64,000 nt of DNA from Minisyncoccota bacterium (GCA_035708165.1 DASSSZ010000003.1:23954-87953), one strand, 5' to 3'; counted from the stretch's first letter, positions 18,045 through 28,672 are shown. Translations and numbers: made by a program. Notes: generated from the sequence alone by a model not told the origin.

Positions 18045-19211
18045 TCAGCGCGTGTCGTGCAGCGAGAGCGCGGCCGGGATGCCGATCAGCATGACGATGC
18101 CGAGCGCGAGGAAGACGTACTGCAGCGGGAGGAAGGCGATGAAGAGCGACCCGAGCGCCGGCGCGAGGATGCTCGCGGCCGGGTAGAGCATGCGGAACGC
18201 GCCGATCGCGCTCGTCTCCGAGCCGTCCACCTTCTTGAAGAAGTACGTCTCGCTCATGATGTCGATGAAGGATGCGCCCACGCGCGTCGCGAAGAGCGCG
18301 ATAGCCCAGAGCACGAGCGAGGCGGAGGTGACGAACGAGAGCGCGCCGGTCGCGAGCGCGACGATCACGAAGCCGAGCACGAGCATCTCCTGCTCCCCGA
18401 GCTTCAGATCCGCGATGCGGCCGGCAGGGATCTCGATGAAGATGTACGGGGAGAGCATGATCGTGAAGATGATGCCGGTCTCCTCGAGCGTGAATCCGAG
18501 GACCTGGTAGAGGTAGAGCGGCGTATAGACGGCCATGGCGGCGAAGAAGAAGCGCAGCAGGAACTGCGCGATGAAGACGCCGCGCAGGTCGCGATCCCTC
18601 GCGATCCGCGCGAGCACTCGCATCCAGCGGATCTCGCTCGGCGCCGGCGTCTCCATCTGCGCGAGCGACCCGAAGCCGATGGCAAGCAGCGGCAGGCAGA
18701 GGGCGGCCATCGTGAGGTAGAGCGAATGGAAGCCGCCCGTGGCGAGGATGAGCCCGGCGATGAATGGCGCGATCGCATTCGCGAGGTTGGCCATCGTGAG
18801 GAAGATCGAACGCACGCTGCCGGTCTTCTCCCGCTCCGGCGTCGCGTCCTCGAGGAAGAGGTCGAGGCAGTACCCGATGAGGTAGAGGACCGCGTTGCCG
18901 ATGATGAACGCGAGCACCAGGAGCCAGGGAAGCGCGACATACGCGAGCAGGAGCGACGCGATGCCGGAGACCACGACGCCCGCGATCCACGGGGCGAAGA
19001 CGCTGCGCTTCATGAGCCGGGGCGCGATGATGAAGATGAGCGCCGCGAGCGCCGCCGCTGCCGAGAACGTGAGGCCGATCTTCGCCTCGACGATGCCGCG
19101 CGAAAGCAGGAAATTCGCGTTGAAGTATGCGCCGAGCGCCCAGGAGAGGTTGAATACGAAATTGAGGAGGTAGAGCCCGCGCCGGGCATGGCTGTACGCG
19201 CGCGTCGTCAT
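18045..19211 (-). CDS. MFS transporter
   Basis: About 12 TM segments, EIPAGRIADLKLG motif. Confidence 0.88.
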   Translation of the reverse strand: MTTRAYSHARRGLYLLNFVFNLSWALGAYFNANFLLSRGIVEAKIGLTFSAAAALAALIFIIAPRLMKRSVFAPWIAGVVVSGIASLLLAYVALPWLLVLAFIIGNAVLYLIGYCLDLFLEDATPEREKTGSVRSIFLTMANLANAIAPFIAGLILATGGFHSLYLTMAALCLPLLAIGFGSLAQMETPAPSEIRWMRVLARIARDRDLRGVFIAQFLLRFFFAAMAVYTPLYLYQVLGFTLEETGIIFTIMLSPYIFIEIPAGRIADLKLGEQEMLVLGFVIVALATGALSFVTSASLVLWAIALFATRVGASFIDIMSETYFFKKVDGSETSAIGAFRMLYPAASILAPALGSLFIAFLPLQYVFLALGIVMLIGIPAALSLHDTR

Positions 19212-19294
19212 GCGCTCCATCCTAGCACTCGCCGTGCGGGAGGGGAGTGGATAGAGATGCGGGCAGCACCGGTTCCGGTACTGTCCGCATGGTG

Positions 19295-19882
19295 TCACGC
19301 ATCGTTCGGGAAGAGGATATTGGAGTCAGAGGTCGTGCTGCCGTCCGGCAGGACGATCAGGTGCTCCTCGACCCAGCGGCGCTTCGCGCCGAGCGCAGCG
19401 CGATCCGCGGCGATCCGTTTCGCCACGTAGATGACGAGGTGGTCCGGCGCGCCGGGCGGCGGCTGTGTGTGGAGGAGTGTGAAGATCCCGAGCGCCGTCT
19501 TGAACAGCGCGGCGTCCACGTGCGACTCGGCGTCGATATTCTCGGGGCACCGGTCGGTCATGGCATCGCAGTAGCCTTCCGCCGACTGCTCCGTGGCGTG
19601 GTGGCGGACATAGAGCCAGCCGCTATCCACGCTGCGGTCGAACCCGCGTATCGGCTCGATGCGCGTGCGGGAGTATCCCGCGGTCGCCGTGCGATCGAGA
19701 GTATACAGGACGGGCGACGGGTGCTGGCGCGCGGCCGGCCCCGCATGCTCCGCTTCCCAGGAGAATCCCCGGAGGCGGTAGAGCTGCGGGAATCGCTGGC
19801 CGCTCGGCGCGATCACCGGCTCGGTCGGATCCGCCGCATGGATCGGGGCGGGCTCGTAGTCCAGATAGGCAAGAGTGCTCAC
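19295..19882 (-). CDS. Hypothetical protein (orphan-like)
   Basis: 195 aa ORF, GTG start after AAGGAG. Confidence 0.6.
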   Translation of the reverse strand: MSTLAYLDYEPAPIHAADPTEPVIAPSGQRFPQLYRLRGFSWEAEHAGPAARQHPSPVLYTLDRTATAGYSRTRIEPIRGFDRSVDSGWLYVRHHATEQSAEGYCDAMTDRCPENIDAESHVDAALFKTALGIFTLLHTQPPPGAPDHLVIYVAKRIAADRAALGAKRRWVEEHLIVLPDGSTTSDSNILFPNDA

Positions 19883-19956
19883 TCGAATCTCCTTGAGTCC
19901 CTAGAACATGCTCTTCTGCGAATATGCGGCATCGCTGCGATTCCGTCAATGCAGAA

Positions 19957-19984
19957 AGAAGGCTCCCCCAGGGGGAGCCTTCTG
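19957..19984. terminator. Intrinsic terminator after rnj
   Basis: AGAAGGCTCCCCC-A-GGGGGAGCCTTCT hairpin. Confidence 0.7.
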
Positions 19985-20007
19985 CCGAGCGTCTGCGGCG
20001 CAGCCTG

Positions 20008-21903
20008 CTAGACGCTCACGATGACCGGGATGACGATCGGGCGCTTCTGCGTCTTCTGCAGGAGGAAGTGCGAGACGGCCTCGGCGAGGTCCACGCGGGC
20101 GTCCTCGAGGTCTGCCGTACGCGGATTCTTCATCGAGTCCTCGACCGCCTTGCGCACGATGAGGCGCGTCTGGTCCATGAGGTCCTTGTTGTCGCGCAGG
20201 TACACGAAGCCGCGGGAGATCACGTCCGGGCTCTTGTGGAGCTTGCCGGTGCGCTTATCCACGGTGGCTACGACCACGCAGAAGCCTTCCTGCGCGAGCG
20301 CGAGGCGGTCCTTCATCAGGACGTCCTTGAGTTCGCCGATCGACTGGCCTTCGACGACGCGCAGCTCCGCCGGCGCCTTCTCCTTGCGCTTCACGATCTT
20401 GGCGCCGTCGATGATCTCGATCACCGAGCTGTTATCCGGCACGATGATGTTGTTGGCGTTGACGCCCATCGACTCGGCGAGATCCGCGTGCACGCGCAGC
20501 ATGTAGTGGTAGCCGTGCTGCGGGATGAAGAACTTCGGCTTGATCTGGCTGTGGATCCACTTGGCCTCCTCGCGGTTGCCGTGGCCCGAGGCGTGCACGT
20601 CGCTCGTCTGGTAGGTGATGATGTGCGCGCCCTGGCGGGAGAGGTTGTCCTTGAGGCGCTGGACCGCGCGCTCGTTGCCCGGGATGACCGAGCTCGAGAG
20701 CACGACCGTATCGGTCGGCTGGATGCGCACGAAGCGGTGCGTCTTGGTCGCGATGCGCATGAGGCTCGCGAACTCGTCGCCCTGCGCGCCCGTGGCGAGC
20801 AGGATGACCTTCTCCGGCGGGTAGTCGTTCACCTGGTCGACCGGGATGAGCGTGTCGTCCTTGAACTTGAGGATCCCGAGCTCGCGGGCGATCTCGATGT
20901 TCGTCTTCATGGAGCGGCCGTCGATCGCGATCTTGCGGTGGTACTTCTCCGCGAAGGAGACGATCCTGATCAGGCGCTCGAGGTGGCTCGCGAACATGCC
21001 GATGATGAGGCGTTTGCGCGAGTCCTTGATGATCTTCTCGAGCGTGTCATACACGGTGGACTCGGGGATGGACCATCCCGGGCGCTCGATGTTGGTCGAG
21101 TCCATCATGAGCAGGAGCACGTTGCGGTCCTTGAAGATGCCGTACTCGCGCTTCTCCTCCTCGGACGGGTCGCCGTTCTCGTGCGAGAGCTTGATATCGC
21201 CCGTGAAGACGACGTCGCCCCACTTCGTCTCGATGATGATGCCCATCGAGTCCGGCACGGTATGCGTCACCGAGAAGAAGCGGACGGTGAGCGCGCCCAG
21301 CTCGATGACGGTCTCCTTCTCCACGATGCGCATGTCGATCGCGGGCAGGTAGGGGAATTCCTCCTGGCGCTTCGCGATCATCGCCGCGGTGAGCTTGCGC
21401 GTATAGATCGGCGGATTGCCGATGCGGTCGATGATATACGGGATGCCGCCGATGTGGTCGAGGTGGCCATGCGTGATGACGAGGCCGCGGATCTTATCGC
21501 GACGCTCCTCGAGGTACTGCGTGTTGGGGAGGATGTAGTCGATGCCCGGGGTGTCGAGCTCGCGGAACTGGAAGCCGGCGTCCACGACGATGATGTCGTC
21601 GCCGATCTCGACGGCCGTCATGTTGCGGCCGATCTCCTCCACGCCGCCTAGGGGGATGATGCGGACAGCGTCCGCTGCCGGCTCGGGGATCGGGCGGCTC
21701 TTGGTCATCGGCGCGCTCCTAAGCGGCTTCTTGGTGCTCGTGGGGCGTGAGCGGCGCGCCTGGCCGATCTTCGGCCGGCGCTCGCGGTCTCCGTTGCGCG
21801 CGCCGCGCGAGCGGCTGCCCGCGCCGCGGCCGCGGCCGCCGCGGCTGCTGCGCGGCTCGTCCCCGCCCATGAGCGAGCGGGAGCTGTTCGGATTCTTTTC
21901 CAT
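20008..21903 (-). CDS. rnj: Ribonuclease J
   Basis: PLGGVEEIGRNM, THGHLDHIG, HASGH, SRGFVY. Confidence 0.96.
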   Translation of the reverse strand: MEKNPNSSRSLMGGDEPRSSRGGRGRGAGSRSRGARNGDRERRPKIGQARRSRPTSTKKPLRSAPMTKSRPIPEPAADAVRIIPLGGVEEIGRNMTAVEIGDDIIVVDAGFQFRELDTPGIDYILPNTQYLEERRDKIRGLVITHGHLDHIGGIPYIIDRIGNPPIYTRKLTAAMIAKRQEEFPYLPAIDMRIVEKETVIELGALTVRFFSVTHTVPDSMGIIIETKWGDVVFTGDIKLSHENGDPSEEEKREYGIFKDRNVLLLMMDSTNIERPGWSIPESTVYDTLEKIIKDSRKRLIIGMFASHLERLIRIVSFAEKYHRKIAIDGRSMKTNIEIARELGILKFKDDTLIPVDQVNDYPPEKVILLATGAQGDEFASLMRIATKTHRFVRIQPTDTVVLSSSVIPGNERAVQRLKDNLSRQGAHIITYQTSDVHASGHGNREEAKWIHSQIKPKFFIPQHGYHYMLRVHADLAESMGVNANNIIVPDNSSVIEIIDGAKIVKRKEKAPAELRVVEGQSIGELKDVLMKDRLALAQEGFCVVVATVDKRTGKLHKSPDVISRGFVYLRDNKDLMDQTRLIVRKAVEDSMKNPRTADLEDARVDLAEAVSHFLLQKTQKRPIVIPVIVSV

Positions 21904-22078
21904 TGTTGTTCTGAGTGCGGCCGCATGCGGCCGTATGCACATGAGTTAGTAATGCCTGGTAATGGATTCGAAAAGATGATTCTTACGAATGCCGTATGAA
22001 AATCGATTGCGGGTGCAAGAGAAGCTGCTGTCGCGCCGAGTATCCTCACGCAGGGTCCGCGATCCGTGCAGGCGGGTC

Positions 22079-23938
22079 CTAGCTGCTGAAGATATCCCAG
22101 ACGGACTTGCTCTCGATATACCAGCGGTACACGGTATCGAACCGATCCGCTGCGCTCGTGAGCGCGCCTAGCTGGACGCCCTTGAGATCCTGGGGGATGA
22201 CGTAGATGAAGTCGGGCGCGTAGAGGAACACTGCAGGATGATCTTCCTTGACCAGGCCCGCGAATTGCTCGTAGTCGGCTTCGCGGAGGGCGCGATCCGT
22301 CTGCCCGCGCGCTTCGGAGAGTAGCGTATCAGCTTTCGAGTTCGTATACAAGGCCAGGTTGAGGCCAGGGTCGTTGCGCTGCGCGGAGTCCCAGAAGGCG
22401 AACAGGTCGAGCGAACGGCCCACGACTTCGCCGAAGAGGAGCGCATCGTAGTTGCGTGAGCGGATCACGTTCACGTTGATCGAGCCGGCGGAGAAGACCT
22501 TCACCGTGACATCCGCGCCCATGGCCTTCCAGGCCGCTGCCACGGCATTCGCCGTCGCGACCAGCTCCGGCGTATCGGCCGTGGAGATCGAGAACGCGAG
22601 CGGCTGGCCCTTCTTCGCGTAGACGCTCGTGCTCGCAGTGAGCGTCCAGCCGTCCTTCTCGAGGATCTCCCGCGCTGCCAGGACCCCTGCGGAAAGGGCA
22701 GGCGAGCTCGTCGCGGCCGTGCTCGTCGCGCTGCCCATGGCGGCAGGCGAGCTCGTGGCCACGTCCGCGTAGCCGTCCTGCATCACGCCCGGCGGGATCG
22801 GGCCGTCGAGCGGCACGCCGTAGCCGGCGAGCGCCGTAGCAATCACCGATTGCTTGTCGAGCGCGACCGAGAGCGCCTCGCGCACCTTCCCGTCGAGGAA
22901 GATCGGCTGCTGGTTCTGGTTGAGGAAGACAGCGAAATCGCGCGGCAGGGTCGCCGTGAGGATGTCGTCGGCGGGCGCCTGCAGCACCGGGACCTTGGTC
23001 GCGGTGATGCCCGCGACCGCATCCACCGAGCCGGCCTGGTAGGCGCTGATCTGCGCATCCTCGCTCGCATAGAACTTGAGGTCGAGCGCGCGGATGTACG
23101 GCGCGCCCAACGCGAACGAGTCGAATGCCGTGAGCACGTACTCGGTCGGCGTGCCGCTCTGATCCGTCCGGATGCGCGAGACCGCGTACGGCCCGGAGCC
23201 GACGGGCTTCGTATTGAGCTGGTTGAAGGCGAATTCATCGGCGGTCACGTCGCCCCAGAGGTGCTTCGGAAGGATGCCGATCGTCGTATTCTCGAGGAAG
23301 GGCGCATACGCGGCCGGCAAGGTGAACTGGACGGTATGCTCATCGAGCGCCGTCACCGTGACGCCGTCCCAATTCGCGCGCTCAGGGCTCTTGATATCAG
23401 GGTCCTGCGCCTCGCTGATGGTGAAGACGACATCCTCGGCGGTCACCGGCGTGCCGTCCTGGAATACCGCATCCGGGCGGATCGTGAACGTGTACGTCTT
23501 GCCGTCATCGGAGACGGTGTAGCCGCTCGCGAGATCAGGGACATAGGAGCCGTCCGGCATGGCCCGCATGAGGCCCGAGTAGACGAGCGCCGTGAGGTCG
23601 CGGTCCGCATCCGAGCTCGCGAGGAGCGGATTGATGAAGCGCGGCGTGCCGACGATGCCCTCGGTGAGCGTGCCGCCCGGCGCCGGCTGCTCGCTCATGG
23701 CCGGCGCCGCGACGCCAGCGAGCATGCCGATCGCGCCTGCCGCGAGCAGGACTGTCAGGAACGCGAGCAGCAGGCGCTCGGCAGGGCTGAAGCGCGCTGC
23801 AGCGCGCTCGAGCTGCGCGATGCCGGGCACCGAGCGCATGTGGAGGACGCGCTGCGTGATGGAACGCACGTGCTGCGGGATAGACGCGAGGTCGTAGTAC
23901 TGCTCGCCATCCGGGGATGAAGGATCGGTTGATTCCAT
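22079..23938 (-). CDS. Peptide/nickel ABC substrate-binding protein (family 5), TM-anchored
   Basis: EGIVGTPRFINP, PDLA, FQDGTPVTAEDVVFT, PVGSGPY. Confidence 0.9.
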   Translation of the reverse strand: MESTDPSSPDGEQYYDLASIPQHVRSITQRVLHMRSVPGIAQLERAAARFSPAERLLLAFLTVLLAAGAIGMLAGVAAPAMSEQPAPGGTLTEGIVGTPRFINPLLASSDADRDLTALVYSGLMRAMPDGSYVPDLASGYTVSDDGKTYTFTIRPDAVFQDGTPVTAEDVVFTISEAQDPDIKSPERANWDGVTVTALDEHTVQFTLPAAYAPFLENTTIGILPKHLWGDVTADEFAFNQLNTKPVGSGPYAVSRIRTDQSGTPTEYVLTAFDSFALGAPYIRALDLKFYASEDAQISAYQAGSVDAVAGITATKVPVLQAPADDILTATLPRDFAVFLNQNQQPIFLDGKVREALSVALDKQSVIATALAGYGVPLDGPIPPGVMQDGYADVATSSPAAMGSATSTAATSSPALSAGVLAAREILEKDGWTLTASTSVYAKKGQPLAFSISTADTPELVATANAVAAAWKAMGADVTVKVFSAGSINVNVIRSRNYDALLFGEVVGRSLDLFAFWDSAQRNDPGLNLALYTNSKADTLLSEARGQTDRALREADYEQFAGLVKEDHPAVFLYAPDFIYVIPQDLKGVQLGALTSAADRFDTVYRWYIESKSVWDIFSS

Positions 23939-23976
23939 TCGAAGGTGCGCGAAGCCGCACCAGCCGGCCGCGCGGG

Positions 23977-24210
23977 CTAGCCGATGAGCAGAGTGATGAG
24001 GGCCGAGAGCCCGAAGAGCACGCCGAGCACGATAGTCGCCCGGAAGAGCGTCTTCTCGAGACCGCGGCGCGTATGGAAGCCGGTGCTGAAGTTGTCAGCC
24101 CCGAACGCGCCGCCCAAGCTTGCGCCGGTCCGCTGCATCAGGATCGCGAGAATCAGGAGCACAGACAGGATGATCTGCGCGTACGGCATGAATTGGACCA
24201 GGAAAAGCAT
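23977..24210 (-). CDS. secG: Preprotein translocase subunit SecG
   Basis: ILMQRTGASLGGAFG...TRRGLEKTLFRAT. Confidence 0.9.
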   Translation of the reverse strand: MLFLVQFMPYAQIILSVLLILAILMQRTGASLGGAFGADNFSTGFHTRRGLEKTLFRATIVLGVLFGLSALITLLIG

Positions 24211-24303
24211 GTGGCCCGCATGGTACCACGAGGCACGGGAAGCGGCAATGGCTTGCAGGCCGCTCCTCGCGTGATATCGTCCCCTCAGCAAAGGAGATCC
24301 GAT

Positions 24304-24888
24304 ATGAAAGCAGAGACGCAGCTGCAACTCATGCAGCGCCTCGTACGGTACGCGAATCGGCGCGAAGCGCGCTCGATCGCGATGGACCTCGTCCGCTGGG
24401 GCATCCCGCGGCCCTCGCGGACGCTCCTCGCGGTGGAGCAATCCGCCGCCTCGCTCGGACGGACGATCAAGGCGATGCCCGGGACGATCATGATCCGCCC
24501 GGGCCTCTCGCCGCAGCTCGTCGACAAGCTCTGGCGGATCCATGTATTCATGATCCACGAGCTCGCCGATCACGAGGTATCGGCCGTCCGCCGCGCGCTC
24601 GGCAGCTACCACCACCGGATGCTGCTGCGCTACCTCGCGACCCTGCCGGAAGCGCCGGAGTACCTGCGGCGGCTCGCGTTCATCCGGCGCGGCTTCCGCG
24701 AAGAGGTCGCACGCATGCTCTCGCCGGGCTTCCGTTCGCCCGAGGACCTGCTCGCGCGGCGCGAATGCGCGGATGCGCTCATCGCGCACGCGCGCAATCA
24801 GCGCGGAAGCGATTTCCATCGGACGATCGCGTTCTCGGCGCAGCTCCTGAGACGCGGCGTCTCGCGGGGCGAACTGCGGCGGCTCTGA
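24304..24888 (+). CDS. Hypothetical Arg-rich protein (orphan-like)
   Basis: ATG after AAGGAG; 194 aa. Confidence 0.6.
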   Translation: MKAETQLQLMQRLVRYANRREARSIAMDLVRWGIPRPSRTLLAVEQSAASLGRTIKAMPGTIMIRPGLSPQLVDKLWRIHVFMIHELADHEVSAVRRALGSYHHRMLLRYLATLPEAPEYLRRLAFIRRGFREEVARMLSPGFRSPEDLLARRECADALIAHARNQRGSDFHRTIAFSAQLLRRGVSRGELRRL

Positions 24889-24983
24889 GCAGGAGCCGCC
24901 GCGTTTTTATTGCGTGCGCATGGCGCGCGCTCTATAATGCGGCCGAATTAGTAGTCATTGTAACGAGCGAGAGCTCAAACGAT

Positions 24984-25379
24984 ATGGCGAAAAAGGCGAA
25001 GAAAGCAGTGAAGAAGTCCCCGAAGAAGGCAGCGCGCAGCGCAGCGCCGAAGGCGGCGCGCGAGCGCGTGGCACCGAAGTCATCCATCGGCGTGGAGCCG
25101 TTGGGCGATCGCGTGCTGGTCCGGCCCATGGAGGCGGAGACGGTCACCGCCTCGGGCTTCGTCATCCCGGAGAACGCGAAGAAGGAGAAGCCGGAGCGCG
25201 GGGAAGTCGTCGCCGTCGGCGCAGGCCGCCGGGCGGATGACGGATCGCTCATCCCCATGCGCGTCGCGATCGGCGATATCGTCATGTTCAGCAAGTACGG
25301 CTTCGACGAGATAGAGGTCGGCGGCGTCACCTACGTGATCGTCAGCGAGCCGTCCATCCTCGCGATCCTTAGCAGCTAG
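24984..25379 (+). CDS. groES: Co-chaperonin GroES with Lys/Ala-rich N-terminal extension
   Basis: PLGDRVLV, TASGFVIP, KEKP, VAVGAG, FSKY. Confidence 0.95.
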   Translation: MAKKAKKAVKKSPKKAARSAAPKAARERVAPKSSIGVEPLGDRVLVRPMEAETVTASGFVIPENAKKEKPERGEVVAVGAGRRADDGSLIPMRVAIGDIVMFSKYGFDEIEVGGVTYVIVSEPSILAILSS

Positions 25380-25394
25380 CCTCACGAAAACCAT

Positions 25395-27032
25395 ATGGCA
25401 AAAGAAGTACGATTCGACGCGGATGTGCGCCAGGCGCTCGGCAGGGGCGTTGACACGGTAGCGAATGCCGTGCGCGTGACCCTCGGGCCGCGCGGCAGGA
25501 ACGTCGCCCTCGATAAGGGCTACGGCGGCCCCACGATCACGAATGACGGCGTCTCGATCGCCAAGGAGATCACGCTCGCCGACAAGTTCGAGAACATGGG
25601 CGCCTCGGTCATCAAGGAGGTGGCCACGAAGACGAACGACCGCGCGGGCGACGGCACCACGACGGCCGTCATCCTCACGCACGCGCTCGTCTCCGAAGGC
25701 CTCAAGCGCATCACCATGGGCGCGAATGCTACCATGGTGCGCCGCGGCATCGAGGCCGCAGCCCGGGACGCGGTCAGCGAGCTCCGGGCCATGGCGAAGC
25801 CGGTGAAGAGCAAGGAGGAGTACCGCCAGGTCGCGACCATCTCCGCGGAGTCCGAGGAGCTCGGCACCACGATCGCCGACACCATCGAGACGGTGGGGAA
25901 GGATGGCGTGGTCACCGTGGAGGAGAGCCAGTCGCTCGGGATCGAGAAGGAGGTGGTGGAAGGCATGCAGTTCGACAAGGGGTACGTCTCCGCCTACATG
26001 ATCACGAATGCGGAGCGCATGGAGGCGGAAGCCAAGGATGCGCCGATCCTCGTGACCGATAAGAAGATCTCCGCGATCGCGGACATCCTGCCTCTCCTCG
26101 AGAAGGTGGCGCAGACCGGCAAGAAGGAGCTCGTCATCATCGCAGACGACGTGGACGGCGAGGCGCTGACCGCCCTCGTGCTCAATAGGCTGAAGGGCGT
26201 CTTCGGCGTGCTTGCGATCAAGGCGCCGGGCTACGGCGACCGTAAGAAGGAGCTGCTCCAGGACATCGCGATCACGGTGGGGGCGGAGCTCATCTCCGAC
26301 GAGCTCGGCCGCTCGCTCGATACGGCGGATCTCTCGAGCCTCGGGCGCGCCGCGCGCGTCGTCGCTGCCAAGGATTCCACTGTCATCGTCGGCGGCAAGG
26401 GCGAGAAGAAGGCGATCGAGGAGCGCGCGGCGCAGCTTCGGGCGCAGCTCGCGCAGACCGACTCGAAGTTCGACAAGGAGAAGCTCGAGGAGCGCATCGC
26501 CAAGCTCACGGGCGGCGTCGCGGTCATCCGCGTCGGCGCCGCGACCGAGACGGAGATGAAGTACCTCAAGGACAAGATCGAGGATGCGGTGAACGCCACC
26601 AAGGCCGCGATCGAGGAGGGCATCGTCACGGGCGGCGGCTCGGCCCTCGCGAAGGTCGCCTCCGCGCTCTCGAAGAAGCACCTCAAGGAGAACGCGCACG
26701 ACGAGTTCTCGATCGGGTACCGCATCCTCGTCTCCGCGCTGACGGCGCCGCTCTCGCAGATCGCGATCAACGCGGGCCGTGAGGACGCGGCGGTGATCGT
26801 GCGCGACGTAACGGCGAAGGGCGGCGACTTCGGCTACGACGCCGCGTCCGATACGCTCGAGCCCACGATCGTGAACATGTACGAGGCAGGCATCATCGAC
26901 CCGGTGAAGGTCACCCGTTCCGGCGTCGAGAACGCCGCTTCGGCTGCGGCCGTCCTGCTCACCACCGAGGCCGCGATCGCCGAGATCCCGGAGGAGAAGC
27001 CGGCGCAGCAGATGCCGCCGATGGACTACTAG
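25395..27032 (+). CDS. groEL: Chaperonin GroEL
   Basis: TLGPRGRNV, TITNDG, GDGTTTA, GGVAVI. Confidence 0.98.
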   Translation: MAKEVRFDADVRQALGRGVDTVANAVRVTLGPRGRNVALDKGYGGPTITNDGVSIAKEITLADKFENMGASVIKEVATKTNDRAGDGTTTAVILTHALVSEGLKRITMGANATMVRRGIEAAARDAVSELRAMAKPVKSKEEYRQVATISAESEELGTTIADTIETVGKDGVVTVEESQSLGIEKEVVEGMQFDKGYVSAYMITNAERMEAEAKDAPILVTDKKISAIADILPLLEKVAQTGKKELVIIADDVDGEALTALVLNRLKGVFGVLAIKAPGYGDRKKELLQDIAITVGAELISDELGRSLDTADLSSLGRAARVVAAKDSTVIVGGKGEKKAIEERAAQLRAQLAQTDSKFDKEKLEERIAKLTGGVAVIRVGAATETEMKYLKDKIEDAVNATKAAIEEGIVTGGGSALAKVASALSKKHLKENAHDEFSIGYRILVSALTAPLSQIAINAGREDAAVIVRDVTAKGGDFGYDAASDTLEPTIVNMYEAGIIDPVKVTRSGVENAASAAAVLLTTEAAIAEIPEEKPAQQMPPMDY

Positions 27033-27048
27033 CACAGGGCTTCCTGCG

Positions 27049-27080
27049 CGCGAACGCCGCCTCCGGGCGGCGTTCGCTTT
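27049..27080 (+). terminator. Intrinsic terminator after groEL
   Basis: GCGAACGCCGCC-TCCG-GGCGGCGTTCGC followed by TTT. Confidence 0.75.
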
Positions 27081-27125
27081 GTGCTATACTGAGCGCACGG
27101 CATTACCGGATAACTACCGCACACC

Positions 27126-27686
27126 ATGATCCCGCTCATCATCGGCATCATCATCGCCCTCGCCATCATCTGGGCCATCTGGGAGTACAACCACTTCATC
27201 ACTCTCACGAACAGGGTGAAGGAGGCCTGGTCGGATATCACCGTCCAGCTGAAGCGCCGTTACGACCTCATCCCGAATCTCGTGGAGACGGTCAAGGGCT
27301 ACGCCGCGCACGAGGCCGGCACGCTCGAGCAGGTGACCGAGATGCGCACTCGCGCCATGAACGCTGAGGCCCCGGCGGAGAAGGCGCAGGCCGAGAATCA
27401 GCTCGCGGGCGCGCTCAAGTCCCTCTTCGCGGTCGCGGAGAACTATCCGAACCTCAAGGCCAACGAGAACTTCCTCGCGCTCCAGAACGAGCTCACCGAT
27501 ACGGAGAACAAGATCCAGGCGGCGCGCCGCTTCTACAACGGCGTCGTGATGGACCTCAACAACGGTCTGCAGTCCTTCCCGGGCAACCTGATCGGCGGCG
27601 CATTCCATTTCTCGCAGAAGGAATTCTTCCAGCTCGGCGACGCCGAGAACGCGGCCGTGCAGGAGCCGGTCAAGGTGCAGTTCTAG
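27126..27686 (+). CDS. lemA: LemA family protein
   Basis: AWSDITVQLKRRYDLIPNLV, AENYPNLKAN, ARRFYN. Confidence 0.96.
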   Translation: MIPLIIGIIIALAIIWAIWEYNHFITLTNRVKEAWSDITVQLKRRYDLIPNLVETVKGYAAHEAGTLEQVTEMRTRAMNAEAPAEKAQAENQLAGALKSLFAVAENYPNLKANENFLALQNELTDTENKIQAARRFYNGVVMDLNNGLQSFPGNLIGGAFHFSQKEFFQLGDAENAAVQEPVKVQF

Positions 27687-27690
27687 GCTT

Positions 27691-28197
27691 GTGGCGGCAG
27701 AACCGAAGTACCGGGACCTGCATCGCATCGCGGTTACCGGCATCATCTGGCGGAAGGATGACGATGGCGCTACGCGCTACCTCATCACCAAGCGCGCGCC
27801 GCATACGACGGCATGGCCGGGCAGATGGACGGTCCCTGGCGGCGGGCTGGAAGCGGACGACTACGTGCAGACCGAGGCGAGCTACGCCGATAGCGAGAGC
27901 CCGCAATGGTACAACGCCGTCGAGCAGGCCCTCCGGCGCGAGATCAGGGAGGAAACCGGCCTCGAGGTGTCCGACATCAGCTACCTCCTCGACCTCGCAT
28001 TCATCCGTCCTGACGGCATCCCGGCGATCGTGCTTTCCTTCTATTGCCGCTACGCAGGCGGCGAGGTCTCGCTCGATGAAGATGCGGTGGAGCATGCCTG
28101 GGTCACGGCCGAGGAGCTTTTGCAGTACGACCTCATCCCAGGGCTTGATCACGAGATCAGGCAGGCGGATGAGCGCATGCGCGTCGCGTACGCGTAA
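27691..28197 (+). CDS. NUDIX hydrolase
   Basis: PGGGLE...ALRREIREETGL (split Nudix box). Confidence 0.9.
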   Translation: MAAEPKYRDLHRIAVTGIIWRKDDDGATRYLITKRAPHTTAWPGRWTVPGGGLEADDYVQTEASYADSESPQWYNAVEQALRREIREETGLEVSDISYLLDLAFIRPDGIPAIVLSFYCRYAGGEVSLDEDAVEHAWVTAEELLQYDLIPGLDHEIRQADERMRVAYA

Positions 28198-28257
28198 GCG
28201 GATGGACAGCCAGGATCCGCGCGCGTAGAGTGGTGAGAGGAATCGAAGGAGGCGCAG

Positions 28258-28623
28258 ATGCGCGCGATACGGATCAAATACGGCAAGCTTGTACGCGACG
28301 GCGTCGTCGAGCGTATGAGGGAGCAGGGCCTCGAGCCCCGATGGCGCCTGCTCGAAGGAGGCGAGATGCGGCTCGCGATCCTCCGCAAGATCGCCGAGGA
28401 AGCCGCGGAAGCCGTCGCGGCGTTCGAATACGGCATCGATCGCGCGGCGTTCCTCTCCGAGCTCGCGGATATCAAGATCGCGCTCGATGCGGCGCTTGCG
28501 GCGCATGGGACGACGTACCGGGAGCTCCGGCTGGTCGAACGCCGGAAACGCGCCGAGAAGCGGGTGCGCGGCTTCACGAAGCGGGTCTTTCTCCTGAGCG
28601 CTCGCGCCAAGCGCTCAGAATGA
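28258..28623 (+). CDS. All-alpha NTP pyrophosphohydrolase (MazG/PRA-PH-like)
   Basis: YGKLVRD, KIAEEAAE, ELADI, RRKRAEKRVRGFTKRVFL. Confidence 0.75.
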   Translation: MRAIRIKYGKLVRDGVVERMREQGLEPRWRLLEGGEMRLAILRKIAEEAAEAVAAFEYGIDRAAFLSELADIKIALDAALAAHGTTYRELRLVERRKRAEKRVRGFTKRVFLLSARAKRSE

Positions 28624-28650
28624 GCGGCCGATCGGCCGCTCATTCCTTTT
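28618..28650 (+). terminator. 28-bp perfect palindrome with T-run
   Basis: GAATGAGCGGCCGA/TCGGCCGCTCATTC then CTTTT. Confidence 0.65.
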
Positions 28651-28672
28651 CCTGCCATTCCACGGCATACTG

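Noticed and set aside
24945-24980. CIRCE-like operator upstream of groES
   Set aside because: TTAGTAGTC...GAGAGCTCA has the wrong spacing and several mismatches to TTAGCACTC-N9-GAGTGCTAA.
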